Program-made: the position numbers and the translations under genes | In this document: positions 9,874 through 20,740 of the stretch, one piece after another | Position numbering within the stretch: position 1 is the stretch's first letter | Layout of the letters: the number at the start of each line of letters is the position of its first letter | The notes under the pieces: generated by a model | The model's database searches: none | What the model saw: only the letters and a program-made list of their open reading frames with translations | What the model was told of the DNA's origin: nothing | Origin: an uncultured archaeon | Lineage (GTDB): Archaea; Asgardarchaeota; Lokiarchaeia; Sigyniarchaeales; SOKP01 | Direction: 5' to 3' | NCBI GenBank assembly: GCA_964447495.1 | Contig: CAYUTF010000001.1 | Span: forward strand, 64,870-128,869 | DNA: 64,000 nucleotides

Positions 9874-11709
9874 TTAATAATTTATTAAATATTCACCATC
9901 AACAAATCTTATTTGTTTAGCTCTTATTAATTCTTCTACAAACTCGAGTAATGTAAATTCTAATGTCTTATGATCACTTTCTGAATATAAGATAAGTAAA
10001 TTTTCTATTCTATTATCAGATGGATCAAAATTTTTATGATGAATTATGATATCTGAAATTAAAAATCCATTTTTATCAAGACATTTTTTGGTTAACTCCG
10101 AACTCTTTTGAGATTTTAAAAATTCTTCTATAAGATACTGATGCTCTAATATCCACCCATTGTTTCTTATGGCTGTTGGATTTGAATAATTTTTTGGTTT
10201 AATAAATATACGTCCTTTCTTGTTTATATAACGCTTAAATCCCCATTCCCTACCTCTTGAAACTTCTAAGCGTCTACGCCATGCTCTAGCCTTATCTTTT
10301 GTGATTCTACACAATTCTCCAAGCCGAGAATCACTTAAATTAAATCTTTTATCGTTAACTAAACGGTTTAACCATCCTCTATGCTTGTACAAAGGATTTT
10401 TTTTTGAACAATCTGAATAAGGATCTAAATGTATATCTATGAATGGTGAAAATTGGTTTTGCCTGTATTTAACTATCCAATTTGAATAAAGTTTTTCCCA
10501 ATTAATTTTTTTTATTTCTTCTTTAACATTATTGATATCCTCATAAAAAATCTCTCCTCTAGGCTTTAGGATCTCTTCAATTTTTTTATTGCCTATATGA
10601 GATATATTAAAATCCTTTCTTAGAACATATTTAGCATTTTTAAACATAATTTTGGATAGTTTTATGAGGTCACTAAAACATTTATATAAGCTCTCAAGAG
10701 ATTTATAGTGCTCTTTTTGACTTTCAAAAAGCCATAAGTTTTCTATTCTATTATCTAATTTATTAAAGTTTATATGATGAACTATACAGTCAGTTTTTAG
10801 ATATTTTCCATCAATCATGCAATTTTTAGAGATTTCCAATTGGGGATTTTTTGAAAGATATTCTTCCATTATTACTTGATGTTTTCTCCGTATAAACCTT
10901 CCTTCTCCACGATTAAGAGGGGTAATTTCGGGATGAAAATACTGCTTGGGAGTATAAACGCAAAGGTACCCATGTTTATCAAGCCATTCTTTCCCTGTAT
11001 CCTCCCGTTTAGGTAGTTTATGCTTTTTTGCCCAATATATTATTGTCCCTTTATCTACGTTACATATTTTTGCTATTTGTCTATAGCTTAATTCCTGATC
11101 TTCATAAAGGAATCTTAACCATTCGCTATGCCTATATAATGGATTTTGATCCTTAGAGCATTCTTTCTTTGGATTTAATAACAATCTAGTAATTGGTTCA
11201 GAAGATCTCGCTTGATATTCAATTATCCAATCCGAGGAAATCCTTTCCCATTGAATATTCCTAAGACTTTCTTTTATCTTAATAAATTCTGAATCTTTAT
11301 CATCAACAAGTTGATTTAAATCTTTAAAGTTTAAATTTTGACAAATTCCCGCATCTAAGAATTCACGATAAGCTGAAAAAAGCTCAAAAGCAGAAACCTT
11401 AATTGAAATTTCTGCTGGAGAATTGCCTACTAATAGTAGGCAAGTCTTTGCTTGAAGGAATTTGTCATATTCTTTCTTTTTTGCTATAATAGATGCTTTA
11501 TCTTCATCATTTTCAGTAGGGTTATTGTTTTTAATATTTAGCCTTATAGATTTTAAAAACTCTTCCAACCAATGTTTAATTAAATCTTTATCTTTTTGAG
11601 TAAAAGGTTTTACTTCTTCTATATTGTAAAAGTTTTCGGAAATATCATATAACTTCTTTAAAAACTCAATATATTCCATTTCAATTTTTTTAAAACCAAG
11701 TATGATCAA
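9874..11709 (-). CDS. Tandem (duplicated) HTH + HNH endonuclease protein
   Basis: 611 aa with two homologous modules (aa about 153-335 and 404-580). Each has NPLY(R/K)H..WL, an HTH-like segment and an HNH_3-type motif: HHINFNKLDNRIENLWLFESQKEH and HHKNFDPSDNRIENLLILYSESDH. Confidence 0.7.
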   Translation of the reverse strand: MIILGFKKIEMEYIEFLKKLYDISENFYNIEEVKPFTQKDKDLIKHWLEEFLKSIRLNIKNNNPTENDEDKASIIAKKKEYDKFLQAKTCLLLVGNSPAEISIKVSAFELFSAYREFLDAGICQNLNFKDLNQLVDDKDSEFIKIKESLRNIQWERISSDWIIEYQARSSEPITRLLLNPKKECSKDQNPLYRHSEWLRFLYEDQELSYRQIAKICNVDKGTIIYWAKKHKLPKREDTGKEWLDKHGYLCVYTPKQYFHPEITPLNRGEGRFIRRKHQVIMEEYLSKNPQLEISKNCMIDGKYLKTDCIVHHINFNKLDNRIENLWLFESQKEHYKSLESLYKCFSDLIKLSKIMFKNAKYVLRKDFNISHIGNKKIEEILKPRGEIFYEDINNVKEEIKKINWEKLYSNWIVKYRQNQFSPFIDIHLDPYSDCSKKNPLYKHRGWLNRLVNDKRFNLSDSRLGELCRITKDKARAWRRRLEVSRGREWGFKRYINKKGRIFIKPKNYSNPTAIRNNGWILEHQYLIEEFLKSQKSSELTKKCLDKNGFLISDIIIHHKNFDPSDNRIENLLILYSESDHKTLEFTLLEFVEELIRAKQIRFVDGEYLINY

Positions 11710-11751
11710 CTTATCTCTCTTTTTTAAGGACGTATCAGTACTGATTAATTT

Positions 11752-12159
11752 TTATTGCTTTTTTGTGAGAGATTTAATATAAGCTCTAGATAAAGAATCT
11801 AAATACTTGTGAACCATATCAGCCCCTCTCCCTATCGGAGAACAGTATAACCACTTGTGGAACAGGGATGTATATATCCCAGAACTCGATTCTTTAATCA
11901 AATTTAGCAGATCTATTGGAGGTAAAACTGAAACATCAAATAAACAAGCCTTTACCGATTGAAGGAAATCACCAATAAATTCATCAACAAAAACTAAGTG
12001 AATTTTATGTTCTATACATTTAGGATATTTTCGGATACCGAATAACCCAAATTTCAATGGTTTTAACTTTACTACGGTGAGACATCCATATTCTGGACAA
12101 ACTGCCACTCTATCTCCCTTTAATCCTTTTCGTGTTGCTTGAATAGCCTTATCTATCAT
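11752..12159 (-). CDS. Hypothetical protein (possible Cys/His metal-binding knuckle)
   Basis: 135-aa ORF. Its start overlaps the upstream gene's stop by 4 nt, and it contains CPEYGC...KCIEH. No recognisable family. Confidence 0.5.
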   Translation of the reverse strand: MIDKAIQATRKGLKGDRVAVCPEYGCLTVVKLKPLKFGLFGIRKYPKCIEHKIHLVFVDEFIGDFLQSVKACLFDVSVLPPIDLLNLIKESSSGIYTSLFHKWLYCSPIGRGADMVHKYLDSLSRAYIKSLTKKQ

Positions 12160-12764
12160 TTTCTAACTATCACCTTACTCTTCTTAAGATGAATCTGTTC
12201 TTTGTCTATACCAAGGCATAATCTTGCATATTCTTGGTCTAATTGTTGATAATTCAACTTAATTTGCTTTATAAAACCTGGTATAACCTCATTTATTTTT
12301 TCTTCATCTTGATATAAACGAGTTAATGTATTAAGTACTAATTTTAATAATTGAGGCCTCTCGTGAATTTCTAAACCAGAAAGTATATGCAATATCTGCC
12401 ACAATCTAATTTTATTTCTTAAGAAATCGTTGAATAGTTTAGCTTCTAAACAGCTTGGGGATGATTTCGCCTTTTCTGCAATTAATATAATTTTTAATTT
12501 AATATCTTCATTTTGTCCAATAGTATTTTTTAAATATTTAGAATATTCCTGGATTCGTAAATTCAGTTCCACTTCCCATTTATGAATTGAATTTATAGAA
12601 GAGAGATTTGGAGTTTCATTATAATCACTGCATATTGCACGAATCGTTGCCTTTCTATTATTTAAATAGGTTTGCAAGTGACGAGAAAGCTCAGTTATCC
12701 TATTCTGAGTAATTTCAAGAATTTTATCAAAATAATTGGGTTCTTCCTCATAAAATTGTTCCAT
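12156..12764 (-). CDS. Hypothetical helical protein, first gene of the HNH operon
   Basis: 202-aa ORF, predicted all-helical, with a 4-nt overlap onto the next gene. No recognisable motifs. Confidence 0.5.
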   Translation of the reverse strand: MEQFYEEEPNYFDKILEITQNRITELSRHLQTYLNNRKATIRAICSDYNETPNLSSINSIHKWEVELNLRIQEYSKYLKNTIGQNEDIKLKIILIAEKAKSSPSCLEAKLFNDFLRNKIRLWQILHILSGLEIHERPQLLKLVLNTLTRLYQDEEKINEVIPGFIKQIKLNYQQLDQEYARLCLGIDKEQIHLKKSKVIVRK

Positions 12765-12878
12765 TTTAAATCATCTTGAAAATATTTAATTTAACTTTTT
12801 ATTCTTAAATATTCATTTAGCTACTTATTTATAAATAAAAAATACTTTAATCGTACAGAAAAATACTACAAAAATGCC

Positions 12879-13073
12879 TTGCATGGTGATAAAGAAGAGA
12901 TGACTCGCGATCAAATTAAAAATACGACTGGAATATCTGGAGCAATGGTTTTAAGAGCTGTTCACGAATTGGTCAAGATTGATGTATTAGAATATGACGA
13001 AGAGCGATCTCTTGTTAAGCTGAAAAAGAGATTATTCGATAAAAAAGCATTAGAGAAAAAAGATAAAGAATAA
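12879..13073 (+). pseudogene. Isolated wHTH fragment homologous to the 3' end of the 9190-9873 gene (displaced gene end, or a stand-alone mini-wHTH)
   Basis: TTG-initiated 64 codons. LHGDKEEMTRDQIKNTTGISGAMVLRAVHELVKIDVLEYD... aligns with residues about 166-223 of the 9190 product, with about half of 58 positions identical by eye. There is no coiled-coil part, and an in-frame stop lies at 12792. Confidence 0.5.
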
Positions 13074-13128
13074 ATTATTTTACCTTATTTAGTATAAATT
13101 GTATTTATTGCTTTAATATTACTAATTC

Positions 13129-13521
13129 ATGCAATGTTTTTCCTTTTTCTTTATATGTAACTCCATTATCCTCAATAACAATTTCGAAACTGGAGAGGAA
13201 CTCTATAATATTTGGAAAGCATTGCCATTTAGTCCCAAAGAGACAATGAGTTGGTTTATTCCAATGTTCATGGAAGCGTTAGGAGGGATTTATGACTGGT
13301 CACAACCACATGCGAAACGAGTTCGTCAGATTGCTGCATCTATAAAATCTTATATGCCAAAAGCTTTACCATTTATTATGACGTTCGTGTTTCCTCTTAT
13401 CGCCAAAATTTTTGAGTATGATATTGATAAAATAATGGATCCTCAGAAGTTAATGTCAGCAATACCTAAAATTATAGATTTACTCCCTAAAAAGAAAATA
13501 GTAAAGAAGAATGATTTATGA
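13129..13521 (+). CDS. Hypothetical protein
   Basis: 130-aa ORF whose stop overlaps the ferredoxin start by 4 nt (ATGA). The true start may be an internal Met (MSWFIPMF). Confidence 0.45.
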   Translation: MQCFSFFFICNSIILNNNFETGEELYNIWKALPFSPKETMSWFIPMFMEALGGIYDWSQPHAKRVRQIAASIKSYMPKALPFIMTFVFPLIAKIFEYDIDKIMDPQKLMSAIPKIIDLLPKKKIVKKNDL

Positions 13522-13787
13522 ATATTAGAATTGATGAGTTGATAAAACATATTCCAGGAACTGGTGATTTTATTTCAATTGATAATAATAAATGTAATAA
13601 TTGTGGTAAATGTATTCTTGTTTGCCTGGTAAACTTATGGTATAGAGAAGATAATATGATTTTTATTTCTAAAGATTATAAAGATAAATGCTTAGAATGT
13701 GCTGCTTGCTATCAAGTTTGTGTTGCTGGTGCCATACATTTCCAGTATCCTGCCGGGGGTACAGGGATCATTTATAATAAAGGTTAA
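13518..13787 (+). CDS. 2x[4Fe-4S] ferredoxin-like protein
   Basis: 89 aa with two CxxCxxCxxxC motifs (CNNCGKCILVC and CLECAACYQVC). Confidence 0.8.
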   Translation: MNIRIDELIKHIPGTGDFISIDNNKCNNCGKCILVCLVNLWYREDNMIFISKDYKDKCLECAACYQVCVAGAIHFQYPAGGTGIIYNKG

Positions 13788-13851
13788 AATATTTTTCACA
13801 AAAATTATTAAATATTTTAAAAGCAAATTCAATTTATTAATTTAATTCACT

Positions 13852-14262
13852 TTGGAATCATCGGTGTATAACATGGAAAAAAGAATTTATTACAAATTTT
13901 TGTTTTTAATTGGTGGAATATGGAATATACTTGCTTCAAGTAGCCTAATTGTTATGTCTATATTTCTGGAGTCTATTTTTCCTATCTTCGGTATAACAAT
14001 TCCTCCTAGTAAGATTTGGCTTCACAGTACATTATTCTTAGTCGCTGTATTAGGTATTGGATATTTTATTGTTAGTAGGGATACTAGTAAGAATCATGAA
14101 ATTGTGATTTTAGGGACTATCGCAAAGATCGGTTTTTTCCTCTTATGTTTAATATACTTTATATTAGGTGACATAGGAGTTCTTACTCTTATGGTTGCTG
14201 GCGTAGATATAGTTTTCGCTGCGCTCTATATCGAATTTCTAATCTATTCTAAAAATCTATAA
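13852..14262 (+). CDS. Small membrane protein (4 TM)
   Basis: 136-aa hydrophobic ORF with a non-ATG start in the ORF track. No motifs recognised. Confidence 0.5.
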   Translation: MESSVYNMEKRIYYKFLFLIGGIWNILASSSLIVMSIFLESIFPIFGITIPPSKIWLHSTLFLVAVLGIGYFIVSRDTSKNHEIVILGTIAKIGFFLLCLIYFILGDIGVLTLMVAGVDIVFAALYIEFLIYSKNL

Positions 14263-14530
14263 ATTACCCAATGACCCTTATCTCTTAGGTTTTATGATGT
14301 AATAAATCGGCCAAATAACAAATTGAACTTTTTTTTTTCTTATAAACTTTTTATTAGTGATTTTCCTTTTGCGCATGAAACCAATCTTTTTTGACAGAAA
14401 AGTATTAATAAAAAGGAAAAAAGTTAACTTATTATTTAACTTATAGATAACAACTATCGGACTCCAAATTATTATTTAATTACTAAAAAATCATAATAAA
14501 TATGAAAAATTTAGAAAAAGGGAAAAAAAC

Positions 14531-15334
14531 ATGGAATTAATTAATAACGAAAAATTAAAATCAAATTCAGAAGAAAAAGTTGAATCATATACAGAAAAAG
14601 CAATTATAGTTAAAAATCTTGAGAAAAGATTCGATGAGATTATTGCTGTTAATGATTTAAATCTTGAGATAAGAAAAGGAGAGCTTTTTGGGCTTTTAGG
14701 ACCTAATGGTGCAGGTAAAACCACTACAATTAATATGCTAGTTGGATTATTAAAGCCAACAAAGGGTTCTATCATTATCGATGGTCTAAATATCAAGAAT
14801 GAATTGCAAAAAATTAAACAATTAATTGGACTATGTCCACAAGAACCTTCTGTCTTTAAATTCCTTAATGGAAGAGAAAATGTACAACTCTTTGGAAATC
14901 TTTATGAAATGGATAAAAAAGAAATGCAAGAACGTATGGATAAGCTTTTTGAGATAACAGGGCTAGCAGAAGCAAGTAAAAGGAAAGCAAAAGGATATAG
15001 TGGGGGGATGTTACGTCAATTAAATCTTATCATTGCTTTAATAAATGATCCAAAAATACTTTATCTTGACGAGCCTACAGTTGGAATGGATCCTCGAGCT
15101 CGTCGTAAATCTTGGGAATTTATTGGAGCGCTTAAAAATCAAAACAAAACAATTGTCTTAACAACTCACTATATTGAAGAAGCAGAGGTCTTATGTGATA
15201 GAGTCGGTATTATAGATTATGGAGAATTAATAGCTCTTGGTTCTCCTAAAGAACTAATGAAACAACATCAAGCCAAGAATCTAGAAGAAGTATTTTTGAA
15301 AATAACCGGTAGAAGAATTTTGGAGGGGATGTAA
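14531..15334 (+). CDS. ABC transporter ATP-binding protein (ABC-2/CcmA-like)
   Basis: 267 aa. Walker A GPNGAGKTT, Q-loop CPQE, signature YSGGMLRQL, Walker B LYLDEPTVGMD and H-loop TTHY. Confidence 0.9.
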   Translation: MELINNEKLKSNSEEKVESYTEKAIIVKNLEKRFDEIIAVNDLNLEIRKGELFGLLGPNGAGKTTTINMLVGLLKPTKGSIIIDGLNIKNELQKIKQLIGLCPQEPSVFKFLNGRENVQLFGNLYEMDKKEMQERMDKLFEITGLAEASKRKAKGYSGGMLRQLNLIIALINDPKILYLDEPTVGMDPRARRKSWEFIGALKNQNKTIVLTTHYIEEAEVLCDRVGIIDYGELIALGSPKELMKQHQAKNLEEVFLKITGRRILEGM

Positions 15335-15337
15335 AAG

Positions 15338-16063
15338 ATGATACAAAGAGTATTTGCATTAATTAACATGCAATTAAAAAAAGTGATTCGAGAACCTGCG
15401 AACTTATTTCTCAATTTACTTTTTCCAGCAGTGTTAGCATTAGTGTTTGGATTGAGTTTTGCGGGAATTGGATTTGAAATGTTTGCTCCTGGTCTTTATG
15501 CATATGCTTGTATTTTTATAATTATGACCGTAGCTCAATCCTTTACTGATGATAGAGAGTTGGGATTACTTAAAAGAATAAATGTTACACCTACTACTTC
15601 TGGGCAATTTATAGGAAGTCATATTGTTTCAAATTTAATCCTTTCAATTATCCAAGTTATCATAGTTTTCATTTGCTCTATTTTGATAGGGTATCGCCCT
15701 CTTGGAGGAATTTATGGAATACTATTGGCATTTGTTTTTATTATGCTCTTATCTATATGCTCTGTAGGACTTGGTTTAATTACAGCGTCAATATCAAAAT
15801 CAGCTGGTGTTGCAACAGGACTATCATTTATTTTCATCTTACCTCAAATGTTTTTTGGTACCTTCATACCTCTTACTCCTACAACTGAGGTAATTGCTGC
15901 GTTTCTTCCAAGTTATTACGTAACTAGTGCAATAGAATCAATATTTGGTGGCGCTGCTATTTTTAACTTGGAAATAATAAGTAAACTAGGAATAGTCGCA
16001 CTAATGGCAGTAATTATAATCATATTAGGAGTAGTAATCTTCAAAAAATATGGTAAAAAGTAA
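15338..16063 (+). CDS. ABC-2 type transporter permease
   Basis: 241 aa with 6 TM helices, starting 3 nt after the ATPase gene's stop. Confidence 0.8.
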   Translation: MIQRVFALINMQLKKVIREPANLFLNLLFPAVLALVFGLSFAGIGFEMFAPGLYAYACIFIIMTVAQSFTDDRELGLLKRINVTPTTSGQFIGSHIVSNLILSIIQVIIVFICSILIGYRPLGGIYGILLAFVFIMLLSICSVGLGLITASISKSAGVATGLSFIFILPQMFFGTFIPLTPTTEVIAAFLPSYYVTSAIESIFGGAAIFNLEIISKLGIVALMAVIIIILGVVIFKKYGKK

Positions 16064-16087
16064 CAAATTTTTGTAAGAAAAATATTC

Positions 16088-16111
16088 TTTTTTTCTTTTT
16101 TAATTAAAAAA
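16088..16111. terminator. Bidirectional oligo-T / oligo-A terminator region between convergent genes
   Basis: T7-C-T6 run at 16088-16101 on the + strand, downstream of the permease. An A6 run at about 16106-16111 gives T6 on the - strand just downstream of tfb. Archaeal RNAP terminates at oligo-T tracts. Confidence 0.4.
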
Positions 16112-16135
16112 TAGAGATATGATAACTTTAAAGCC

Positions 16136-17062
16136 TTATATTTGGATTTTAAGTTTGGATTTTAATTCTTTAGCTCGGGAACGGAGAGTAACTTCTGTAA
16201 TTCCAACTGTTTCGGCGATTTTTTGTTGTGTAAGGTCCAATCCTTTAATTTTACATGCTATATAAAGTGCTCCAGCAACAATTCCTTTTGGATCTTTTCC
16301 GCTGCTTGAGACGAATTTAGAGATATAAGCTTTGACGATTTTAGTAGTTAAATTCAAAATTTCATTATTCAAGCCTAAATCAACAATAAATCTTGGAATC
16401 AACGATATGGGATTAGTATTAGGCGCTTTCAGATTTAATTCATGCAAAATGACACGATAGCACCTGCGAACATCTTTTGGATTCTCTGACGATTCCTCTA
16501 AAACTTCTTGCATAGTACGCGAGAGTGTAAATTTTCTTATCGCATAGTATAAACAAGCAGCAACCATGGAATTGATAGATCTTCCCCGAAGTAGATTTCT
16601 CTTATGGATTTCTCGATAAATACGCATTGCTTCCTCTTTCACATGATTGGGTAAGTTTAATTTGCTGCCTATTCTTTTTAATTCAGTAGTAGCGATTAAT
16701 ATATTCCTTTTTTCCCAATTCATTCTTGTGTTCCATTTGGCTGCTCTTTTCAAATCAGGGTTATTTATTTTGCTTTTATCAATTGTAGTGGTCAAACCAA
16801 TATCTGGTAATAATACAGAGATTGGAGCGCCAGTTCGTTCTCTACTATTCCTTTCATCATTAGTATAAGCTCTCCTTCCATTATGTGTAAAATCAACTCG
16901 CTTTTCATCGATTACCAATCCACACTCATTACAAATAATATCTCCTGTTTCTATTAGAGATATTATACTGCCTCCACATTCAGGACAGAGATTTGAAATG
17001 GTTTTTAAATTATTTACTTTTGCATCCACGTTAATCACTCCTCTTTGTTCCAGTTTTTTCAA
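16136..17062 (-). CDS. tfb: Transcription initiation factor IIB (TFB)
   Basis: N-terminal zinc ribbon CPECGG...CNECG followed by two cyclin-like repeats. The track's TTG start at 17062 overlaps clpB by 32 nt. GTG at 17038 or GTG at 17029 are more plausible starts, the latter lying 8 nt after AGGAG. Confidence 0.9.
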   Translation of the reverse strand: MKKLEQRGVINVDAKVNNLKTISNLCPECGGSIISLIETGDIICNECGLVIDEKRVDFTHNGRRAYTNDERNSRERTGAPISVLLPDIGLTTTIDKSKINNPDLKRAAKWNTRMNWEKRNILIATTELKRIGSKLNLPNHVKEEAMRIYREIHKRNLLRGRSINSMVAACLYYAIRKFTLSRTMQEVLEESSENPKDVRRCYRVILHELNLKAPNTNPISLIPRFIVDLGLNNEILNLTTKIVKAYISKFVSSSGKDPKGIVAGALYIACKIKGLDLTQQKIAETVGITEVTLRSRAKELKSKLKIQI

Positions 17063-19643
17063 AACTTAAATTTCCAGTTTTATCTACATCAACTTTTATT
17101 AGATCCTCATCCCCAAATTCTCCCTCTAAAAGTTTAAGCGATAAAGGATTTTGAATATATTGTTGAATGGCTCTTTTCAATGGTCTTGCTCCATAATCTG
17201 GATCAAAACCATTTTTGGCAAGCAACTCTTTCGCGGATTCTGTCAATTCTATCTTAATGTTATGTTCAACTAATATTTTATTTAGGTTTCTAATTTGGAT
17301 ATCAACGATCTTTTTAATCTGTTCTTCATCTAAGAAATTAAATACTACTATTTCATCAACTCGATTGAGAAATTCAGGTCTGAAGTAGCTTTTAAGAGTT
17401 TTCAGTATCTCTTCTTTATGTTTGGTTTGATCTTTTTGACGAGAATCTAAAATATATTGACTTCCGACATTACTTGTCATAATAATTATTGAGTTTTTAA
17501 AATCAACTGTTCTTCCATGACCATCAGTTAATCTTCCATCATCCATGATTTGGAGCAGAATGTTAAAGACATCGGGATGTGCTTTCTCTATTTCATCAAA
17601 TAATATTACTGAATAAGGTCTTCTCCGAATAGCTTCTGTTAAATAACCACCCTCATCATAACCAACATATCCGGGAGGTGCGCCTATTAATCTAGCTACA
17701 CTATGCTTTTCCATATATTCAGACATATCAATCCTTATCATCGCATTTTCATCGTCAAAAAGAAATTCAGCTAAAGCTTTTGCGGTCTCTGTTTTTCCTA
17801 CTCCAGTTGGTCCCATAAATATAAACGTACCAATTGGGCGATTTGGGTCTTGAATTCCAGCTCTTGCTCTTCTAATAGCATTGGATATTATCTTTAAAGC
17901 TTCATCTTGACCAACTACCCTTTTCTTAAGGCGTCCTTCCATTTTTAGCAGCTTTTCGCGTTCTCCTTCCAACATTCGTGATACAGGAATCCCTGTCCAT
18001 TGAGATACTATTTTTGCTATATCCTCTGAATCAACTTCTTGTTTCAACATTGTTTTATTCTCTTGAATTTCTGCTAGTTCCGCATTATATTGCTCTAAAT
18101 CTTTCTTTTGTTGATTTAACACACCATATGTTAATTCTGCAGCTTTTCCAAGATCTCCCCGCTTTTCTGCTTTTTCTGCTTCTATCCTTGTCTCTTCCAT
18201 CTTTTTTTTAATATCATTAATTTTTTGAATTAAATTCTTCTCATTATTCCATTGAATCTTTAATTTATCACTTTCTTCTTTGAGATTCTCTAATTCTTCA
18301 TCTATTTTTTTAATCTTCTCTTCACAAGATTTATCGTTTTCTTTCTTTAATGCTTCTTTTTGAATTTCTAGCTGTATTCTCTTTCTTTCAATTTCATCAA
18401 TTTCAGTTGGCATACTGTCTATTTCTATTCTTAATCGTGAAGCTGCTTCATCCATCAAATCTATAGCTTTGTCTGGTAAAAACCTATCAGCTATATATCT
18501 ATGAGACAGTGTTACTGCACTGATAATTGCGGAATCTGTTATCCTTACTCCATGATGGATTTCATATTTTTCTTTTAAACCCCTTAAAATCGCAATTGAA
18601 TCTTCAACAGATGGTTCCTCAACCAATACCGTTTGAAATCGTCTTGTTAATGCAGCATCTTTTTCAATATATTTTCGATATTCATCAAGTGTGGTTGCAC
18701 CTACAGCTCTCAGTTCACCTCTCGCTAATGCTGGCTTTAACATGTTAGATGCGTCAATTGCACCTTGAGCGGCTCCAGCACCCACTAACGTATGTAATTC
18801 ATCGATAAAAAGGATATATTTTCCAGCTCCTTTCTCAACTTCTTTAATAAATGCCTTTAATCTATCTTCAAATTCACCACGATATTTAGCTCCAGCAATT
18901 AATGCTGCTAAATCCATAGCAATAATTTCTTTATTTTTCAGTGATTCGGGCACATCGTTATTAGCAATTCTTTGTGCAAGACCCTCAACTATTGCAGTTT
19001 TGCCTACACCAGCTTCCCCTATTAACACAGGATTATTCTTTGTCCTTCTTGATAAGATATGCATTACTCGCCTAATCTCATCATCTCTTCCAATAACAGG
19101 GTCGATTTTGCCTCTTTTTGCTAAATCTGTAAGATTTCGACTATATTTCTCTATTGCTCGATATTTTCCTTCTGGATCTTGATCTGTAACATTTTGACTT
19201 CCACGAATGCTCGTAAGAGCTTGCATTATCCTTTCACTGGTTATCCCAAAACGTTTTAATATTGCATATTCCGATAAAGTTTCCATTTTCGAAATTGCTA
19301 ACAATAAATGCTCTGTGCTCAAAAACTGATCTTTTAACAACTCTGCTTCTTTCCACGCCATATCAAATAATTTAGCAGTATTTGATGACATTGAAACATC
19401 AGTTGCTCCAGATCCAGTCACCTTTGGTAATTTTTCAAGATCCCTTTTCAAATCAAATAATAATTTGTCAATATTTACACCTAATTTCTGAAAAAGCGGT
19501 TTGGTAATTCCATCCTCTTGTTCTATTAAACTTAATAATAAATGTACTGGCTCAATCTGCTGATTATCATTAGTTTGCGCTAATGACTTTGCAGACATTA
19601 TTGCTTCTTGAACTTTAATTGTAAATTTATCAAATTTCATCAT
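17031..19643 (-). CDS. clpB: ClpB disaggregase (AAA+ chaperone)
   Basis: 870 aa. Clp N-domain, NBD1 [15 protein letters not shown], long coiled-coil middle domain and NBD2 [18 protein letters not shown]. Confidence 0.93.
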   Translation of the reverse strand: MMKFDKFTIKVQEAIMSAKSLAQTNDNQQIEPVHLLLSLIEQEDGITKPLFQKLGVNIDKLLFDLKRDLEKLPKVTGSGATDVSMSSNTAKLFDMAWKEAELLKDQFLSTEHLLLAISKMETLSEYAILKRFGITSERIMQALTSIRGSQNVTDQDPEGKYRAIEKYSRNLTDLAKRGKIDPVIGRDDEIRRVMHILSRRTKNNPVLIGEAGVGKTAIVEGLAQRIANNDVPESLKNKEIIAMDLAALIAGAKYRGEFEDRLKAFIKEVEKGAGKYILFIDELHTLVGAGAAQGAIDASNMLKPALARGELRAVGATTLDEYRKYIEKDAALTRRFQTVLVEEPSVEDSIAILRGLKEKYEIHHGVRITDSAIISAVTLSHRYIADRFLPDKAIDLMDEAASRLRIEIDSMPTEIDEIERKRIQLEIQKEALKKENDKSCEEKIKKIDEELENLKEESDKLKIQWNNEKNLIQKINDIKKKMEETRIEAEKAEKRGDLGKAAELTYGVLNQQKKDLEQYNAELAEIQENKTMLKQEVDSEDIAKIVSQWTGIPVSRMLEGEREKLLKMEGRLKKRVVGQDEALKIISNAIRRARAGIQDPNRPIGTFIFMGPTGVGKTETAKALAEFLFDDENAMIRIDMSEYMEKHSVARLIGAPPGYVGYDEGGYLTEAIRRRPYSVILFDEIEKAHPDVFNILLQIMDDGRLTDGHGRTVDFKNSIIIMTSNVGSQYILDSRQKDQTKHKEEILKTLKSYFRPEFLNRVDEIVVFNFLDEEQIKKIVDIQIRNLNKILVEHNIKIELTESAKELLAKNGFDPDYGARPLKRAIQQYIQNPLSLKLLEGEFGDEDLIKVDVDKTGNLSFEKTGTKRSD

Positions 19644-19669
19644 ACTCTTATCTCCCTCCTATATTATTC

Positions 19670-20692
19670 CTATAAACCTTCTCCTTTTAATTTTTCAATT
19701 AGTTCCTTCTGTTTTCGATTTAATTTTTTCGGAACTTGAATTTTAATCTTAACTAATTGATTACCTCTCTCCTCAGAATTTAACTTATAAAAACCTTTAT
19801 TTTTTAATCGTAAAATAGTGGAATCTTTCGTTCCAGGAGGAACAGTTACACTGCTTGATTTTTCTATTCCAGGTACTTGTACTTTCCCTCCAAGTACCGC
19901 TGTTGTAAAAGGAATTTCTTGTTCTAAAAAGATATCATCCTCATCTCTTTTAAAAATGTCATGACCAGATACATGAAGTATGATATATAAATCACCAGGT
20001 TCTCCACCATTATGGCCAGGTATTCCTTTTCCTTTTAATCGTAATTTTTGATCGTCTCTAACTCCTCTTGGAATAGTGACAGTAAGAGTTTTATTTTCTC
20101 CCGTAAGAGGGTCTTTATATTGAACTCTCTTTTTTCCTCCATTAAAGGCGTCCATAAAACTTATTTCCATATCATAACGTAAATCTTCTCCCTCACGGGG
20201 ATAATTCTGAGTTCCAGAAGGTCTTGCTCTAGTACTGCCTCCATAATTAGAAAATACATCAAAAATATCTCCTAGATCATTAAAAAAGTCATAATTGGCA
20301 GTTCTTTTACCTCGCTTTTTGTTTGAGCCAAAAATCTCACTAAAATCAAATCCTCCAGGACCTCCTGAAGTTGAATAATAATATGTCGATCCATCAGGAC
20401 TTTGATATACCTGTTGTCCTTCTGGATTATTAGCGTACTGTTGATAATTGAATTGCTCTCCATCTACAACTCCAAATTTATCATACATTTCTCGCTTCTT
20501 ATCATCACTTAAAACACTATATGCTTCATTAATTTCCTTAAACTTTTCACCCGATTTTGCCTCATCAGGATTTACATCTGGATGATACTTACGAGCCAAT
20601 TTACGGAAAGCTCTCTTAATTTCCTCTTTTGTTGCACTTTTATCTATTTCTAAAACACTATAATAATCTTTTGGCATTATATACAACCCCAT
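19670..20692 (-). CDS. dnaJ: J-domain co-chaperone, class II (CbpA/DnaJB-like, no zinc finger)
   Basis: J-domain with the HPD motif (KYHPDVNPD), a G/F-rich segment ([13 protein letters not shown]) and two C-terminal beta domains. The 340-aa product contains no cysteine, so CxxCxGxG repeats are absent. The start may be the MPKDYY Met at 20677. Confidence 0.85.
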   Translation of the reverse strand: MGLYIMPKDYYSVLEIDKSATKEEIKRAFRKLARKYHPDVNPDEAKSGEKFKEINEAYSVLSDDKKREMYDKFGVVDGEQFNYQQYANNPEGQQVYQSPDGSTYYYSTSGGPGGFDFSEIFGSNKKRGKRTANYDFFNDLGDIFDVFSNYGGSTRARPSGTQNYPREGEDLRYDMEISFMDAFNGGKKRVQYKDPLTGENKTLTVTIPRGVRDDQKLRLKGKGIPGHNGGEPGDLYIILHVSGHDIFKRDEDDIFLEQEIPFTTAVLGGKVQVPGIEKSSSVTVPPGTKDSTILRLKNKGFYKLNSEERGNQLVKIKIQVPKKLNRKQKELIEKLKGEGL

Positions 20693-20740
20693 AACAAATT
20701 TTACTAAATTTTAAAAAAAATATTATAAAAATAAAAAAAT

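Noticed and set aside
17030-17062. TTG start of tfb, 32 nt inside clpB.
   Set aside because: It is kept as the track coordinate, but GTG at 17038 or 17029 (AGGAG 8 nt upstream of the latter) is more plausible. The extension adds no conserved TFB residues.
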